Numbered from the stretch's first letter, positions 39,520-52,638 are shown. The stretch: 64,000 bases of DNA from Octopus vulgaris (GCA_951406725.2 OX597831.1:83762001-83826000), one strand, 5' to 3'. Numbers and translations: made by a program. Notes: a model not told the origin generated them from the sequence alone.

Positions 39520-42436
39520 CTGCCACTAATATCATTAGTACAATGAAAGGTAGGTGAGGAATGATTGTAGAAATGCTGGAGTGAGAGACAAAGTGGAGAG
39601 AAGCTTTGTTTCAGACTCCTCACAACCAAGCAACAAAGGTACAAATCTTTCTGGGTGGACATTGACAATAGGATGAGTGGAGTTAGTGTGCTCTTAACAA
39701 AGAAATGAATAGATGAATTAACTGAGATGTGATAGAATAAACTTATGCAAGCCATTGACAAAGTAATTATAATAGTTATCACCTCGTATACATCGCAAAC
39801 AGCACTGGTAGATGAACAAAGACTGCTTTTAAGAGCCCTCTTGTAGATTACCAGAAGATGTCAAACTCAGCTGGTGATATCAGTGGACAATACCACAATA
39901 ATTTTTCTGGAGTATATGGTAGCTATGGGTATGGAATGATGAGGGATCAAGGTTTCTGAAGTCCTGTGATATAAATGAGTTTATTCATTTGCAATACCAA
40001 ATTTAGGAAAATGGACACCAACCAATTAGACAAATATAAAGTGCATACATTTTAGGAAATAGTATAGACAGATAATTGTAAATACTAACTCCTTTGGGTG
40101 AAGAGTGTTTTATCTAACAAAAATTAGTAATTAGTCACTTAAGACTAAGAGCTATACTAACTCAAAAAGACAACGTAGAGTAAGAAGACTTTGGCCTGTT
40201 GTAGATTCAAAGAAAAAAGAAGGACATGATAACTTTGAGGAAATTTGACAGCTTTTATGGGACAAACCTATCGAGGTTACAGACTAAATCTGTGGCTGGT
40301 ACTGGGTCTTGGCTACACAGACATGGTGGTGGAGCACCACTAGATAGTCATTAAAGCAAAGATATAGTTGCTGAAAAACTGGAGAGATGGGGTAAGTAAA
40401 GAGCAATTTCAAGAAGTTAAAAAAGAAGCTCGGCATTTTGTGTATTTTGGGGGATAAAATTGTAACAGTAAGAAATTGGTATATGTTCAGTAAAGCAACG
40501 ATCAAATGCAAGAGTGTATGCTTGAGAAAATTGTGATGTCGAGGATAAGCATTCAGAACAAAGTGATGCAGTTACATTTACTGGTATGGGGAAAGAAGGA
40601 AGCATGAAAGATTGTAATATGTGGAGAATGCAAGGAGGAGAGAGGTCATCCAAGCTCACAGTATTGAAATAAATAGAGCAATTAATATGAAGGCAGCTGG
40701 ACCATCATGTATAGTTACTAAGATGCTAAAAATCTCTAGTTAGGTAGGTCATGTGCCCAACTAATTAGAGAAAGAGTCAGTTTGGATGAGATGCAGCTTA
40801 GTTTTGTGCCAGGGAAAAGCACCACTGATGCTATATTTCTGGTAAGATAGCTGCAGGAGAAATATCTAGCCAAAGATTAACCTCTGTACCTGGCTTTCGT
40901 TGACATGGAGAAAGCCTTTGACAGGGTCCCCTGATCCCTTATCTGGTGGTCAATGAGGAAACTAGGGATAGATGAATGGTTAGTGAGAGCTGTATGAGCC
41001 ATGTACGGGGATGATGTTAGTAAGGTGAGAGTTGGCAACAAGTACAGTGAAGAATTCTGGGTAGAGGTAGGGGTCCACCAAGGTTCAGTCCTCAGCCCCT
41101 CCTATCTATCATAGTCTTCCAGGCAATAACAGAGGAATTCAAGTCAGGATGCCCCTGGGAGCTCCTCTATGCTGATGACCTTGCTCTAATTGCTGAGTCA
41201 CTATCAGAACTAAAGGAAAATTTTCAAGTGTGGATTAGAAGGGCCTTAGAGTCAACATAGCTAAAATCAAAGTCCTAATAAGTAGGAAGGCAGGCAAACC
41301 AAAAATCCCTTCTAGTAGATGGCCCTGCTCGATCTGTAGAAAAGGCGTAAGTAGAAACTCTATAAGATGTACCCAGTGTAAAATATGGACACATAAGAGG
41401 TGCAGCAATATCAAAGGAAGGCTAAATGGGAAGTTAGTGTTTGTATGTGGCAGATGCTCAGGAGCAATAAACACTGAAAATGTGCAGAGAACAACTTCTG
41501 CCACATTCCAGGGAGAAAAACTAGTAATAGTTGATAGCTTCCGTTACCTAGGTGACCAAGTCAATAGCTGGGGAGGGTGCACTGAAAGTGTAGCTGCTAG
41601 AATAAGAATATCCTGGATAAAGTTCTGAGAGTTCTTACATCTGCTGGTGCTACATGGCAGTGAAACATGGGCTGTGACTGCTGAGGACATGCGTAAGCTC
41701 GCAAAGAATGAAGCCAGTATACTCCGATGGATGTGTAATGTCAGTGTGCATACTCAACAGTGTAAGTACCCTGAGAGAAAAGTTGGATCTAAGAAGCATC
41801 AGATGTGGTGTGCAAGAGAGATGACTGCGCTGGTATGGTCATGTGGCAAGAATGGATGTGGATAGCTGTGTGAAAAAGTGCCACACCATAGCAGTTGAGG
41901 GAACCTGTGGAAGAGGTAGACCCAGGAAAACCTGGGACGAGGTGGTGAAGCATGACCTTCGAACATTGGGCCTCCCCAAGGCAATGGCCAGTGACTGGGA
42001 CCTTTGGAAATATGCTGTGCTTGAGAAGACTCAGAAAGCTCAAGTGAGACCATAACCTTGTGACCTATGCTAGGGGTGTAACCAGCCCACTTATATGTAC
42101 CTTTCTTTCATTGGACACTAAACTCTGCTTGCAAAGACCTGTTGAGGCAATGAAATCAAAATCAAATTCGATGACTGGCATCCGTGCTAGTGAAGTGGTA
42201 AGAGTACCATACGAGCATGATTGTTGCCAGGGCAACCAGCTGGCCTCCATGCTGATGGCATGTAAAAAGCACCATTCAAGCGTGATCATTACCTGTGTCA
42301 CCTTATTGGTACTTGTGCTGGTGTCACATGAAAAAAAACATTCGAGCAAGGTCGTTGCCAGAGCTGCTGGACTGGCTCCTGTGCAGGTGGCACATAAAAA
42401 GCACCATTTGAGCGTGACCACTGTCAGTACCACCTG
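39520..42436 (+). mobile_element. RTE LINE: old decayed 5' part (39520-40750) and better preserved RT/PHD/3' part (40750-42436)
   Basis: AFVDMEKAFDRVP, LYADDL at ~41165, WPCSICRKGV, DSFRYLGDQ, GTCGRGRPRKTWDEVVKHDLR. Confidence 0.88.
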
Positions 42437-42539
42437 ACTTACCCTTTTACATGGAAATATAACTCTTGTTACATTGTATGCTTTTCCTTTGTTTTTATAC
42501 ATGCTTGCTTGTTTATTATATGTAATGAAAAAAATGCAT

Positions 42540-42752
42540 TAAGCTGGCAGAATCGTTAGCATGCCAGGCGATATACTTAGCAGTATTTCATCTGCTGTTA
42601 AGTTCTGTGTTCAAATTTTGCTGAGGTCGACTTTGCCCTTCATCCTTTCAGGGTTGATAAATTAAGTACCAGTGAAACACTGAGGTTGATGTAATCAACT
42701 TGTCTCCTCCCTACAAATTCGAGGCCTTGTGACTCAAGCAGAAAGGATTCTA
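42540..42752 (+). mobile_element. tRNA-derived SINE (family of 15937-16150)
   Basis: gctggcagaatcgttagcatgccagg...gaggtcgactttgcccttcatcctttcagggttgataaattaagtacc. Confidence 0.85.
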
Positions 42753-43079
42753 TGTAATAGATAAATAAATGTTACCAACAACTTCGGCCACTCTTTCTTT
42801 CATGGAATCAACATCATTTTTGCTTTCAATCTAGACAACAATTATTACATTCTGGTAACCAGCTCATTACTCAGTTTTACCTGGAAACAGATCACCTTTA
42901 AAAACTCTGTTTGTGAAATATTTAGATGTATCTGGATGTACTTTACAAAAATAGCCAAGGGGATTTTGATCCTATCACAGTAAGATTTTGTTGTTAAGCA
43001 CGTTTCTGATAAAAGTATTCGACATGTCAACGTCCTTTCTTGACTGAGATATAATGAGACTAAATGCAAATGCATTATA

Positions 43080-43790
43080 TAAAAAAATAAAAAAGAATTT
43101 TACAACATAATTAGAGATCGGGTTCAAACCTGTAATGTGAATTTGTTAAAGAGAAGGATTTCCTAACATGCGAAAATGGCTTAATATATCATAAAAGTCA
43201 TCTGTTTATCCCAGCACCTTATACAGCCACAGTATTAGCTAAAATACACATGAGCATTCAACAAACAATTAAGAAGGCACGAATTAAGGTGTTTGTTGGC
43301 CTGAGTTGGCTTACTCGGTGGAGAAGTTTGACAAATCTTGCAATAGTTGCCAGAGTTAGGCCAAATTTAGTGAAGGCAAATGATTCATGGTCTATTTCTG
43401 GGTACTGGGGACGTGTGCATAGGGGAATGTTTAGACTTATGTTCCAAACATCGGTAACATACTTATAATTGTAGATGCCTATTCAGAATGGATCGAGACT
43501 TTCTTGTGTCCTAATTGCTCATCTGAGACAGTAAAAAACAAGCTGCTGGATGTCTTCACTAATTTTGGTATGCCCACAGCTTTAGTATTGAGCATTAGAC
43601 CTGAATTTGTTGCATTAAAGAATATGTTGTCATCTATGGGTTGCAGAAAGATTGAGACACCTGCTTACAGTCTGGTATCTAACAGTGCTGCTGAAAGGGA
43701 CATACAAACTGTGAAAACTGCACTGAAGCATTTTGATTGAAAGACAAGGTATTTCGGCAACTACTTGAACAAAATTCTGTTCAACCACTG
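43080..43790 (+). mobile_element. Ty3/Gypsy-type integrase fragment, decayed
   Basis: LIIVDAYSEWIETF, FTNFGMPTALV...PEF, ETPAYSLVSNSAAERDIQTVKTALK (rve core), plus an upstream H-H-C-C remnant. Confidence 0.8.
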
Positions 43791-44149
43791 GAGTGCTTCA
43801 GGTGGTCGTAAATTATCATTGGCCAAAAACTTAATAAAATGACCATTAAGGTTTGCTGTAATCCTATTCTTTGGAATAGGTTAGGTTGTGATATACAACA
43901 CCACATTCGACAAGGTTGCATCCAAGACAAAATATGTGATGCATGCTGGAAAGAATACTGCATGGATTAAGGAGTTTCAACTACTGCAGTTAGTGGCAGT
44001 TGAGCAACTGGCCCCACTGAACACACAGTAACTAGAACCAGAATTGAGTGCAACACCTGGCACAATGGTTCATGCTGGACCAAATTTCCCTCAACTAAAA
44101 TAAGGGATGAGTTTTGAGATGTAGAAACATAACACACAAGTAAATATTT

Positions 44150-44795
44150 CAAATCTCTGCCAGGAATTACAAGGGCTCTTATTGAGTATTTTTATTTAAG
44201 CAACCAAATATCCCTCAAGAAAAGATTGTGTGAACAAGGGGTCACACATAGTAACCAAATTTCCTTCAAATATTTATAGTAAGCCCAATAATTGAAATAA
44301 ATTTAAATATCTTAATTTTCTCAATTAGATTGTTGCTGCTTTGGATGCCCAGTAGGTCTAGGTGTTGAGAAGTAGTAATCTAACACAGAAGTGGATGATT
44401 GAAATCTCTGCTAGGAATTACAAGGATTGTATTTTTAAATAACTTTATTATTTAAGGAACCAAATTTCCATTAACAAAATGATTGTGTGTATGTGTGTGT
44501 GAAGAAGGGGTCACTAGGCAGCCTTCAAATAGTAACTAAATCTACTTTAAATCTTTATAGTAAGCCTAATAATTGAAATAAATTTCAATATTTTAGTTTT
44601 CTCCTTAGAAGGCTTCAAATTTCTGCCAGGAATTACAAGGGACCCTAGTAAAATGTTTTTTTAAGCAGCCAAATTTCCCTTAATTAAAAGATTGTGTGTG
44701 GAGAAGGTGCTACAAAGCAGCTTTGATATAGTAACAAAATCTCCCTAAAACTTTTATAGTAAATGCAATAATTGAAATAGATTTAAATATCTTCA
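44150..44795 (+). repeat. Three degenerate tandem copies of a ~180-250-bp unit
   Basis: aaatctctgccaggaattacaaggg...atagtaaccaaat...tttatagtaagc...aataattgaaataaattt starts at ~44151, 44402 and 44617. Confidence 0.85.
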
Positions 44796-45462
44796 TTTAG
44801 TCATGAAAACTATCATACTTAACTGATCCTCCTGTATTTTCTTTTACCCAATGCCAGGAACTTTTCAGCACACCCTCATATGTAAGTATGTATATATTCG
44901 CCATGTTGGACTCTATGTGTTTTTTTCATCCCCTTTCTATTTATTTGCTCTTATCCCTTTCTGTTAAAAAGTGTAGCCACAAAATGTAAAAGAATTTTCC
45001 CATTTTTCCTGAGTGTCAAACTAATACACTTGCTTGTTGTTCCTACACCTGTCTTCATCTTTTGCTTTTCTAAATTGAACTACGTATGTGTGGTGAATCT
45101 TGCAGACATGAAGTGGATTTGATTCACCATAGCCAGATTTCAAGTAACAGTTCAACAGAACTATTCTCATGGTGGAACAATAGTTTTTCTGTGAGAGCAG
45201 TTTTACATTTGACAGATTGCCTTAGCTAGGCTGAAATAACGTGTTCACCACTTGACCCTTCTAACCTCTCTTAGGCCACTAAAAGCTAGAATTAAGATAA
45301 CAGACCACCAACTAAATCCATTGTTCTCTGCAGGATCAGACAAGCCCAATTCACTCCAGTGTTGGAGAGCTTCATCCAACTCCCTGTTGGAACTGGTCCA
45401 TGTTGGAGAGGAGAGAATGTTGCTCCCCAGGGTGAAGCAGGTGTGAGTGGAGGAAAGGAAGC

Positions 45463-45535
<73 letters not shown>

Positions 45536-46405
45536 ACACTTAGGAAGACCAAGACTCCCAAATCGCTTGAGCAGTGCAACCTGATTGTGGGACGTTGGAG
45601 AGAGCCTGACATTAACCAAGCATTCAAGTGTCTGAAAGATTAGGTTGTTGAAGTTTTGGAGGCAAAATGAGAATCGGTGCGAGGAGTTGACTCTGAGCAA
45701 ATATAGAAGCTTATGAATGGAAAGGTAATTTTACAAGCAGTCTTATCTGCCGATGAAATTTCACCTCTCATTTTAATATTATGCAGTGTGTGTCTTTCGA
45801 GGAATTTTGTAAGCCATCCAAATAAATTTTGGATAAAAGTCTTCTTTGAACTGGTTTACAACACTTACAATTTTTTTTGTTTTGTTATTTTTATTCCCTT
45901 TTAATCTCATTATTAGAAATTTCTCCTTTCAGCCCGTGAAGCCTAGGATTTTTAATACTTTGAATTAATTATCCTTTTATCATGAAAAAGAATCCATTTT
46001 TATAAAAAAAAAAACTTTAAAATCTCATAACGTATTCGTTTCGTTTCGTTTACCCACAGGCAGTTTTGTACTTTGGATCGCCATTCTTTTTTTGTTTTTG
46101 TTTTTATGGCACCTGACCAGAAAAATCGGATCTTAAATTATCTTTAAGGTAAATTGTCTTTGATATTCAGTTTCTGGGAAATATTTCTTGAGACTTGTTT
46201 TATACACATTATATTTCATGCTAAATGAGTTACTTTTGGTGAAATTTCGTTTTGACATACGAAAAAATCAACCTTTTGGCAAGAACTTAGGAAAATTCAC
46301 AAGATCTGAGTTTTTCCCTCATAACTTTTAGAAAATGTTTTTTTTTTTTAAATGAAATTTCTTATAACTTTCAAACGGCATAGATTATGATTATAAATAA
46401 ACTAG

Positions 46406-47316
46406 GGATCTTTTCCTTTTGAACAGCACTTTGTAACATAATTTCTAGTTAACTAAACACTTTTAAACTTCGTATACTGGTAGAATGTGTTTATAAAACA
46501 TCATTTTTTCTTGGCTTTATTGAGAAATTCTATAGGTTGTAAGATATTCCGTCTGAAATTTTGAGCATTTCGGCAATTTTAACCAATTGCTGGAGTCCAT
46601 TTAGGTAAACAATATTCCGTGCTGTATGAATATGTCCCTCCTTTAAGAAACAGATTGGGTTTATTTATATTTGTGAAGAAAAAAGATACCCTTCCCCAAC
46701 CCCTAACCCTAAATCTAAAATAGATTGAAATGCAATAGATCGATATTAGGGCCATAATTATGGGTGACATTTTCATTTGACATCGCTAGAAAAAAGTCCC
46801 ATTTTCCGTAGCGGTGTCGTATGAAATTGTCACCCATAATTATGGCCCTAGTATCGATCTATTGCATTTCAAGCTATTTTAGATTTGGGGTTAGGGGTTG
46901 GGGAAGGGTATCTTTTTTCTTCACAAATATAAATAAACCCAATCTGTTTCTTAAAGGAGGGACTTATTCATACAGCACGATCTATTTCAATCTATTTTAG
47001 ATTTAGGGTAAGAGTTAGGGGTGGGGGAAGGGTATCTTTTTTCTTCACAAATGTAAATAAACCCAATCTGTTTCTTAAAGGAGGGACATATTCATACAGC
47101 ATGGAATATTGTTTACCTAAATGGACTCCAGCAATTGGTTAAAATTGCCGAAATGCTCGAAATTAAAGACGAAATATCTTACAACCTATAGAATTTTCTC
47201 AATAAAGCCAAGAAAAAATGATGTTTTATAAACACATTCTACCAGTATACGAAGTTTCAAATCGTTTAGTTAACTAGAAATTGTGTTGAATTCTGTCTAT
47301 CAAGAGGAAAAGATCC
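46406..47316. mobile_element. ~910-bp near-perfect palindromic (foldback/MITE) element with TTAGGG-like motifs
   Basis: ggatcttttcc...ggaaaagatcc. The arms pair over ~385 bp around a centre near 46795. The right arm has a ~120-bp tandem duplication. Confidence 0.92.
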
Positions 47317-47334
47317 GATTTTTTATAAACACTT

Positions 47335-48100
47335 TCACACCATGCTTGAAGGACAGCATATGTTCAAAAAGATTTCCAAGGAGGTTCCTACAATAAACTC
47401 AGACAGGTGCTGATGGGTATCCATCATACAGACGCAGAAAACCAGAAGACGGAGGTTTCACAACAACTATCAGACAGCACGATATTGATAATAGATGGAT
47501 TGTTCCATACTGCCCACTCCTGTCAAGGACTTTCAATGCCCACATCAACGTTGAGTTTTGCAACTCCGTTAAATCCATCAAGTACGTTTGCAAATATGTA
47601 AACAAGGGTTCTGACGCTGCAATGTTTGGACTTCAACAAGAATACTGCCAGGATGAGGAGACACATTATCAGGTGGGACGGTACCTAAGTAGCAACGAGG
47701 CTTTCTGGCGCATCTTTGGCTTTCCAATTCACCAACAATACCCCGCCATTCAACAGCTTGTAGTGCACCTGGAAAATGGTCAAAGAGTGTACTTCACTGA
47801 TGCTAATGCTTCTCTGTTGGCAGAGGAATCAAGGGATAGCACACTCACTGCATTCTCCAAGTGGATCCATTCGCTCAAACCTTGCTGTATCCACATTCAC
47901 AGATTCCATCGTACTACACTTGGAATGGAAAAAAATGGGCCCCACGGAAAGCAGGTCAAAATGTTCATGGATACCCTGGCATTAAGTTTCACACTTGCCT
48001 TGGGCGAGTATACACAGTGCATCCCACTCAATAAGAGTGCTTCTACTTTCGTCTACTACTGCATGAGGTCAGAGGGCCAACGTCTTTCCAGGCCCTAAAA
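47335..48100 (+). mobile_element. Helitron Rep/Hel coding fragment
   Basis: CSKRFPR...DGYPSYRRRKPEDGG...DNRWIVPYCPLLSRTFNAHINVEFCNSVKSIKYVCKYVNKGSD...GRYLSSNEAFWRIFGFPIH...VHLENGQRVYF. Confidence 0.93.
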
Positions 48101-48258
48101 CTGTCTCAAAGGGACGAAAATATTTTGACAAATTAAATTTAAATGTTGAAGTGAATCTATCGGTTTTGTGTGTTTCTTAAATGGCTTATGAACACCTTCC
48201 ACCCTGCAATTGTTATATATATATTTACTTCTGGTATATGTATATATATGTGTGTGTG

Positions 48259-48324
<66 letters not shown>

Positions 48325-48327
<3 letters not shown>

Positions 48328-48533
48328 GGTGTCCCAGAAGTCGCGTACCACCCTGGTATTTTAAAAGAATACATTCTTACTGATTTCAAAAACACGTTAT
48401 TGAAATTAATCATAACAAATGCTAAAATTGAGCACCCTCTACAATAAAACTTGCAGAAAAAATATAATAAAATAAAATGCTTTAGTTATTTTTAATGGAA
48501 ACCAGAATGGTGCGAGACTTCTGGGACACCTTG
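48325..48533. mobile_element. Tc1/mariner-type MITE inserted at TA
   Basis: TA|cagggtgtcccagaagtc...gacttctgggacaccttg|TG. Confidence 0.8.
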
Positions 48534-48545
48534 TGTGCGCATGTA

Positions 48546-50690
48546 TGATTTTGATTTTGATTTTGATTTTTCCAGTTTCAGCTAATGAGCTGTGGCCATG
48601 CTGGGGCACCGCCATTTGGTTTGCTACACGATTTTACCTCACGGATGCTTTTTAGCAAACGCCATCTGATGCATGAGAGAGTTCGATGCAGCTGCCCTCA
48701 TCTGCACCTCCTGCCGTGAAGTTGGTTCATCCGGGACACCTGACAGGAAGAGATCCAGTCCTACTTTAAAGACATCCGCAACTACACCATGCAGGTCCCT
48801 TAGGTTCTTCGGGAGGATATTGAAGAGCCGTGGGCCTCTGAAGCCCAGGCTATCACAATATCTTGTCCTACATCTTGATGGCAAATTTGGAGTCCTTGGT
48901 ACTACGCAGTGGCGTCCGGTTCTGGCATTAGTGTGACTCTCGATGCTAAAGTCTGGGACAAGTCCTTCCAGGATCTTCGAGATATATATTATGGCATATA
49001 TTTCTCGCCTACACTCCAGGGAATAGAGCTTTAATCTCTTGAGTCTTTCCCAGTAGCTCATATGCTGCACAGAGGCTATCTTCTTCGTGTAGCTTCGTTG
49101 GATCGCCTCAAGTTCTGTGATCAACTTGACACTGGATGGTGACCATAGCTGAGAGCAATAGTCAAAGTGGCTTAGGACAAGTGTCTTCCAGAGGACCATC
49201 ATGGTTTCTTGTTCTCTTGTTCTAAAGATTCTAAGAATCCATCCAGCCAGCCGTCTACATTTCATTGCCAGTTTAGCAACATGTACATGAAAGGTCGCGT
49301 CATCACTCATGTGAATACCCAGGTCACGCACTGATTGTGCCTCTGGGATTGCAATCCCTCCGGGTCCAGTGTATTCATTGGGTATTGCATTCAGTTTTGC
49401 ATGCTGATAGTATAAAGCTTGAAACTTTTCAGTATTGAACTGCATGCTATTCTTTTCAGCCCACTTGTATATTTTGTCCAGCTCACATTGCAGGTGCTTA
49501 GTGTATTCAGGGTTCTGTATTGCCTGTGAAACTTTTATATCATCTGCATAACTTGTGATCGTGGCTCTCTGCGTGGCTGAGGGCATGTCTGAGAGGGCCA
49601 TTATGAACAGTAGTGGTCCCAAAACAGTGCCCTGCGGAACACCGCTCACTATTTGCGTGTTAATGGAAGTGGCCCCATTGGCTACTACCACCTGACTTCT
49701 ATTCTTCAGAAAGTCATGAAGCCATTCTCCCAATTTTCCAACTATGCCAAGATCACGCAGTTTGTGACATATCATTCCATGATCGACTTTATCAAAGGCC
49801 TTTGCAAAGTCGAGATATATGACTTCCACATTTGAGTGGTTGAGCAGTCGTTTCAGCACCCAGTCATAGTGTTGTAGGAGCTGAGTTAAGCAGCTTCTTC
49901 CTGGTCGGAAACCATGTTGGGTGTCAGGCAGCAAGTCATTTTCTTCAAGGAAGGTGATTAGTTTCCTTCTGACTATTCGTTCCATGACCTTGCTGATGTG
50001 TGAGGTGAGAGAGATAGGTCTGTAGTTCTTGGCCTCCGCTCTGCTACCTCCCTTATGAATAGGGCATATTTTACCTTCCTTCAGTTTTCTTGGAAGTTTG
50101 CCAGCTGCAAGGAAGCTCTGAAAGAGGATCTGCAGTGGTCTTGCTAGGACTCTCTTACATACTTTTAGGAGGATTGCCGGGAATCCATCGGGGCCAATAG
50201 CTGAGTCTGTTTTCATTTCATCTATAGCCTTTATTACATCGTCTTCCTTTATATCGATGTAATTTATCGTCGCCGCCTCTGATTTTATATCTGCAGTGGT
50301 AAAGAAGTCAGTTGGATTGGTGATTTGGAAATGCCCGAGGGGTGGAGTGAAAACACTCTTGAATTGCTCATTCAGTATTTCACTTACCCTCATTGGTTTT
50401 CCTGTAAGTGTGCCATCCTTTTCAAGGAGTGGCCCTATCCTACAGTGCACTGTAGCTGTTTCTTTGGCATACCTGTAGAAAGCTCTGGGGTTAGATTTTA
50501 TGTTGTCTATAGCCCAGGCTTCTTTGTCTGCTCTTTCCTTTTCATGGGAGAGTTGCAGACACTTTTCAATTTCCAACAGTTTTATTTTCAGGCAGGACTT
50601 TTCACTGCTTTCAATTTGTTTGTTTAGGCGATTTGAAATTTTTGTACGCCGTCTCATTAAAATTTTCCTCTCTCTGGGGATTTTGTTCTT
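48546..50690 (-). mobile_element. 5'-truncated CR1-group LINE with (AAAATC)n tail
   Basis: Long open RT ORF, conserved 3' stem-loop tail and a short tandem tail. Confidence 0.92.
48639..50657 (-). CDS. CR1-group ORF2 reverse transcriptase (672 aa open; endonuclease missing)
   Basis: GPDGFP, NYRPISLTS, QHGFRPGRSC, YLDFAKAFDKVDH, SGVPQGTVLGPLLF, YADD, VRDLGI. Confidence 0.92.
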   Translation of the reverse strand: MRRRTKISNRLNKQIESSEKSCLKIKLLEIEKCLQLSHEKERADKEAWAIDNIKSNPRAFYRYAKETATVHCRIGPLLEKDGTLTGKPMRVSEILNEQFKSVFTPPLGHFQITNPTDFFTTADIKSEAATINYIDIKEDDVIKAIDEMKTDSAIGPDGFPAILLKVCKRVLARPLQILFQSFLAAGKLPRKLKEGKICPIHKGGSRAEAKNYRPISLTSHISKVMERIVRRKLITFLEENDLLPDTQHGFRPGRSCLTQLLQHYDWVLKRLLNHSNVEVIYLDFAKAFDKVDHGMICHKLRDLGIVGKLGEWLHDFLKNRSQVVVANGATSINTQIVSGVPQGTVLGPLLFIMALSDMPSATQRATITSYADDIKVSQAIQNPEYTKHLQCELDKIYKWAEKNSMQFNTEKFQALYYQHAKLNAIPNEYTGPGGIAIPEAQSVRDLGIHMSDDATFHVHVAKLAMKCRRLAGWILRIFRTREQETMMVLWKTLVLSHFDYCSQLWSPSSVKLITELEAIQRSYTKKIASVQHMSYWERLKRLKLYSLECRREIYAIIYISKILEGLVPDFSIESHTNARTGRHCVVPRTPNLPSRCRTRYCDSLGFRGPRLFNILPKNLRDLHGVVADVFKVGLDLFLSGVPDEPTSRQEVQMRAAASNSLMHQMAFAKKHP

Positions 50691-50693
50691 GTG

Positions 50694-50735
<42 letters not shown>

Positions 50736-50738
<3 letters not shown>

Positions 50739-52284
50739 TTGTGGCCAAAATGTTCAGAACGGCATTGTTTTCGCCAGAAAAGTAGGTAAAGTTTTTATCA
50801 AAGTTGTTTTATGTTCTATAATTTTCACAGGCAATAAATACGATATTAATTGTTATTGTCTGAGATTTTGGTGTAATTTGAGAGAATAATACAAAAGTTA
50901 TGGATCATTGAGTGATTTACTGCAAAACCCATAGCGGCCAAAATGATCAGAACGGTTGAAAAAATAACAAAATATTCAAAAATGACATCTCTGTCATACT
51001 GGAATTATTTAATATTTAGTGTGAAGCCCTTTAGCTTCAATCACACTCTGACATTTTCAACTGCATGAGGAAATTAAATTTTCAATTTCTTGCTAGGTGC
51101 TCTTATTCCATTCTTCCTGAAGGGCATTCCATAATTGCTCGGTTGTTTTAGGATTTCTGACTTTCGAACGTTCTCCTAGAATATTCCACTCATTTTCAAT
51201 AGGATTCAGATCTGGGCTTTGAGCAGGCCAATCCATAATTGAGGAAGTTCATGACCACCTTAGCCTTGTGACATGGGGCATTGTCCTGCATGGGTGGTCG
51301 CTTAGTTGAATTTCTCAGCACAGGCAAGACATGATCTTTTACAAGTTGTTTACAAAATCCTGCATTTACCTTTCTGTGTAATCGCACCAAAGAGCCCACA
51401 CCATCTCCAGATATCATCCCCCAAACCATGACATTTCCTCCACCGAATTTAACACTAGTCTTAAGGCATTTAGGCGACAATTTTTCACCTACTGTTCCCA
51501 TCTGAGCAAAATAACATCACTGAAATGCACAGTTTGCCATTTTTCTTGAGACCACAACACATGTTTGGAGCTGATCAGTGGCTTCACTGCAGGTGATCTT
51601 GCATGTAGGTTATTTATGTTCAACTAAACGATGAGACACAGTTTTTCGAGATAACGTTTTCTTCAGTACAATGCTCATTTCCTGAGAAACAGCAGCAGCA
51701 GTTTTAAATCTGTCCTTTTTAACCAACTTTACCATAGCACGATCTTCTCTCTTGGTCGTTTTTCTTGGCCTACCTGTAGACTTTCTTGCTTCACGTGAAC
51801 CACAATCATCGAAGACCTTAAGAATACCCTGAACAACACTTTTTGACTTGTTAACAATCTTTGCAATAGACCCAATACTTAAATTATCCTTCTTTCGAAG
51901 CTTAATAACCTGCTGACGAATTGGTAACGGAGTAAGTGGCATTATATTAACAAAGTACACTGCAGATATTCTTTCTAATGTTTAGTAAACGAACCATCAC
52001 ATAAACAAATTCAAAACATTAGAGTTTGCCGGTTAAATATACTAAAACACGGAGTAAAAGCAACCGTTCTGATCATTTTGGCCGCCATGGGTTTTGCAGT
52101 AAATCACTAAATCATCCATAACTTTTGTATTATCCTCTCAAATTACACCAAAATCTCAGACAATAACAATTAATATCGTATTTATTGTCTGTGAAAATTA
52201 TAGAATATAAAACAACTTTGATAAAAACTTATACCTACTTTTCTGGCGAAAACAATGCCGTTCTGAACATTTTGGCCGCAACTG
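50736..52284 (-). mobile_element. Tc1-family transposon with ~225-bp IR/DR-type TIRs; transposase disrupted
   Basis: TA|cagttgtggccaaaatgttcagaacgg ... ccgttctgaacattttggccgcaactg|TA. Inner repeat gcggccaaaatgatcagaacgg. ORFs contain GRPRKTT, VKFGGGNVMVWG and QDNAPCH; WPAQSPDLNPIEN is in another frame. Confidence 0.95.
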
Positions 52285-52366
<82 letters not shown>

Positions 52367-52399
52367 CTCAAAATAAGCAACAAGAATATCTTCGGTAAT

Positions 52400-52486
52400 T
52401 TGTTACGATCGTTTCACGCTACATCATTTTATTAAACATTGTAAGTATTACAACAGTTTTAAAATGTTGAGCAATCATCAGCCATT
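52400..52486 (-). ncRNA. Type I hammerhead ribozyme motif (weak stem I)
   Basis: CUGAUGA, ~59-nt hairpin, GAAA-CGAUCG-UA. Confidence 0.6.
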
Positions 52487-52638
52487 AATAGAGGTTTTCC
52501 ATCAATACATATACTTATTTTCATGTTAAATGATAACATTATAAAGAGGGTAGATATACCCCATGGATAACACCGCACAAAATTCTGGTGCATCTAATTT
52601 AAGTATCACATTCATTTCAATCTAAATTTTGCTGAACG

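Noticed and set aside
44950-44995. Possible very degenerate hammerhead/pLTR relic (ctgttaaaaagtgtagccacaaaatgtaaaaga)
   Set aside because: Too many core substitutions to support from this window alone.
45245-45700. 151-aa ORF spanning (GA)n
   Set aside because: The frame stays open partly because of the microsatellite and has no recognisable domain; possibly an old LINE relic.
46690-47030. Interstitial telomere array
   Set aside because: Only 1-2 imperfect TTAGGG units per arm, inside a palindromic element.
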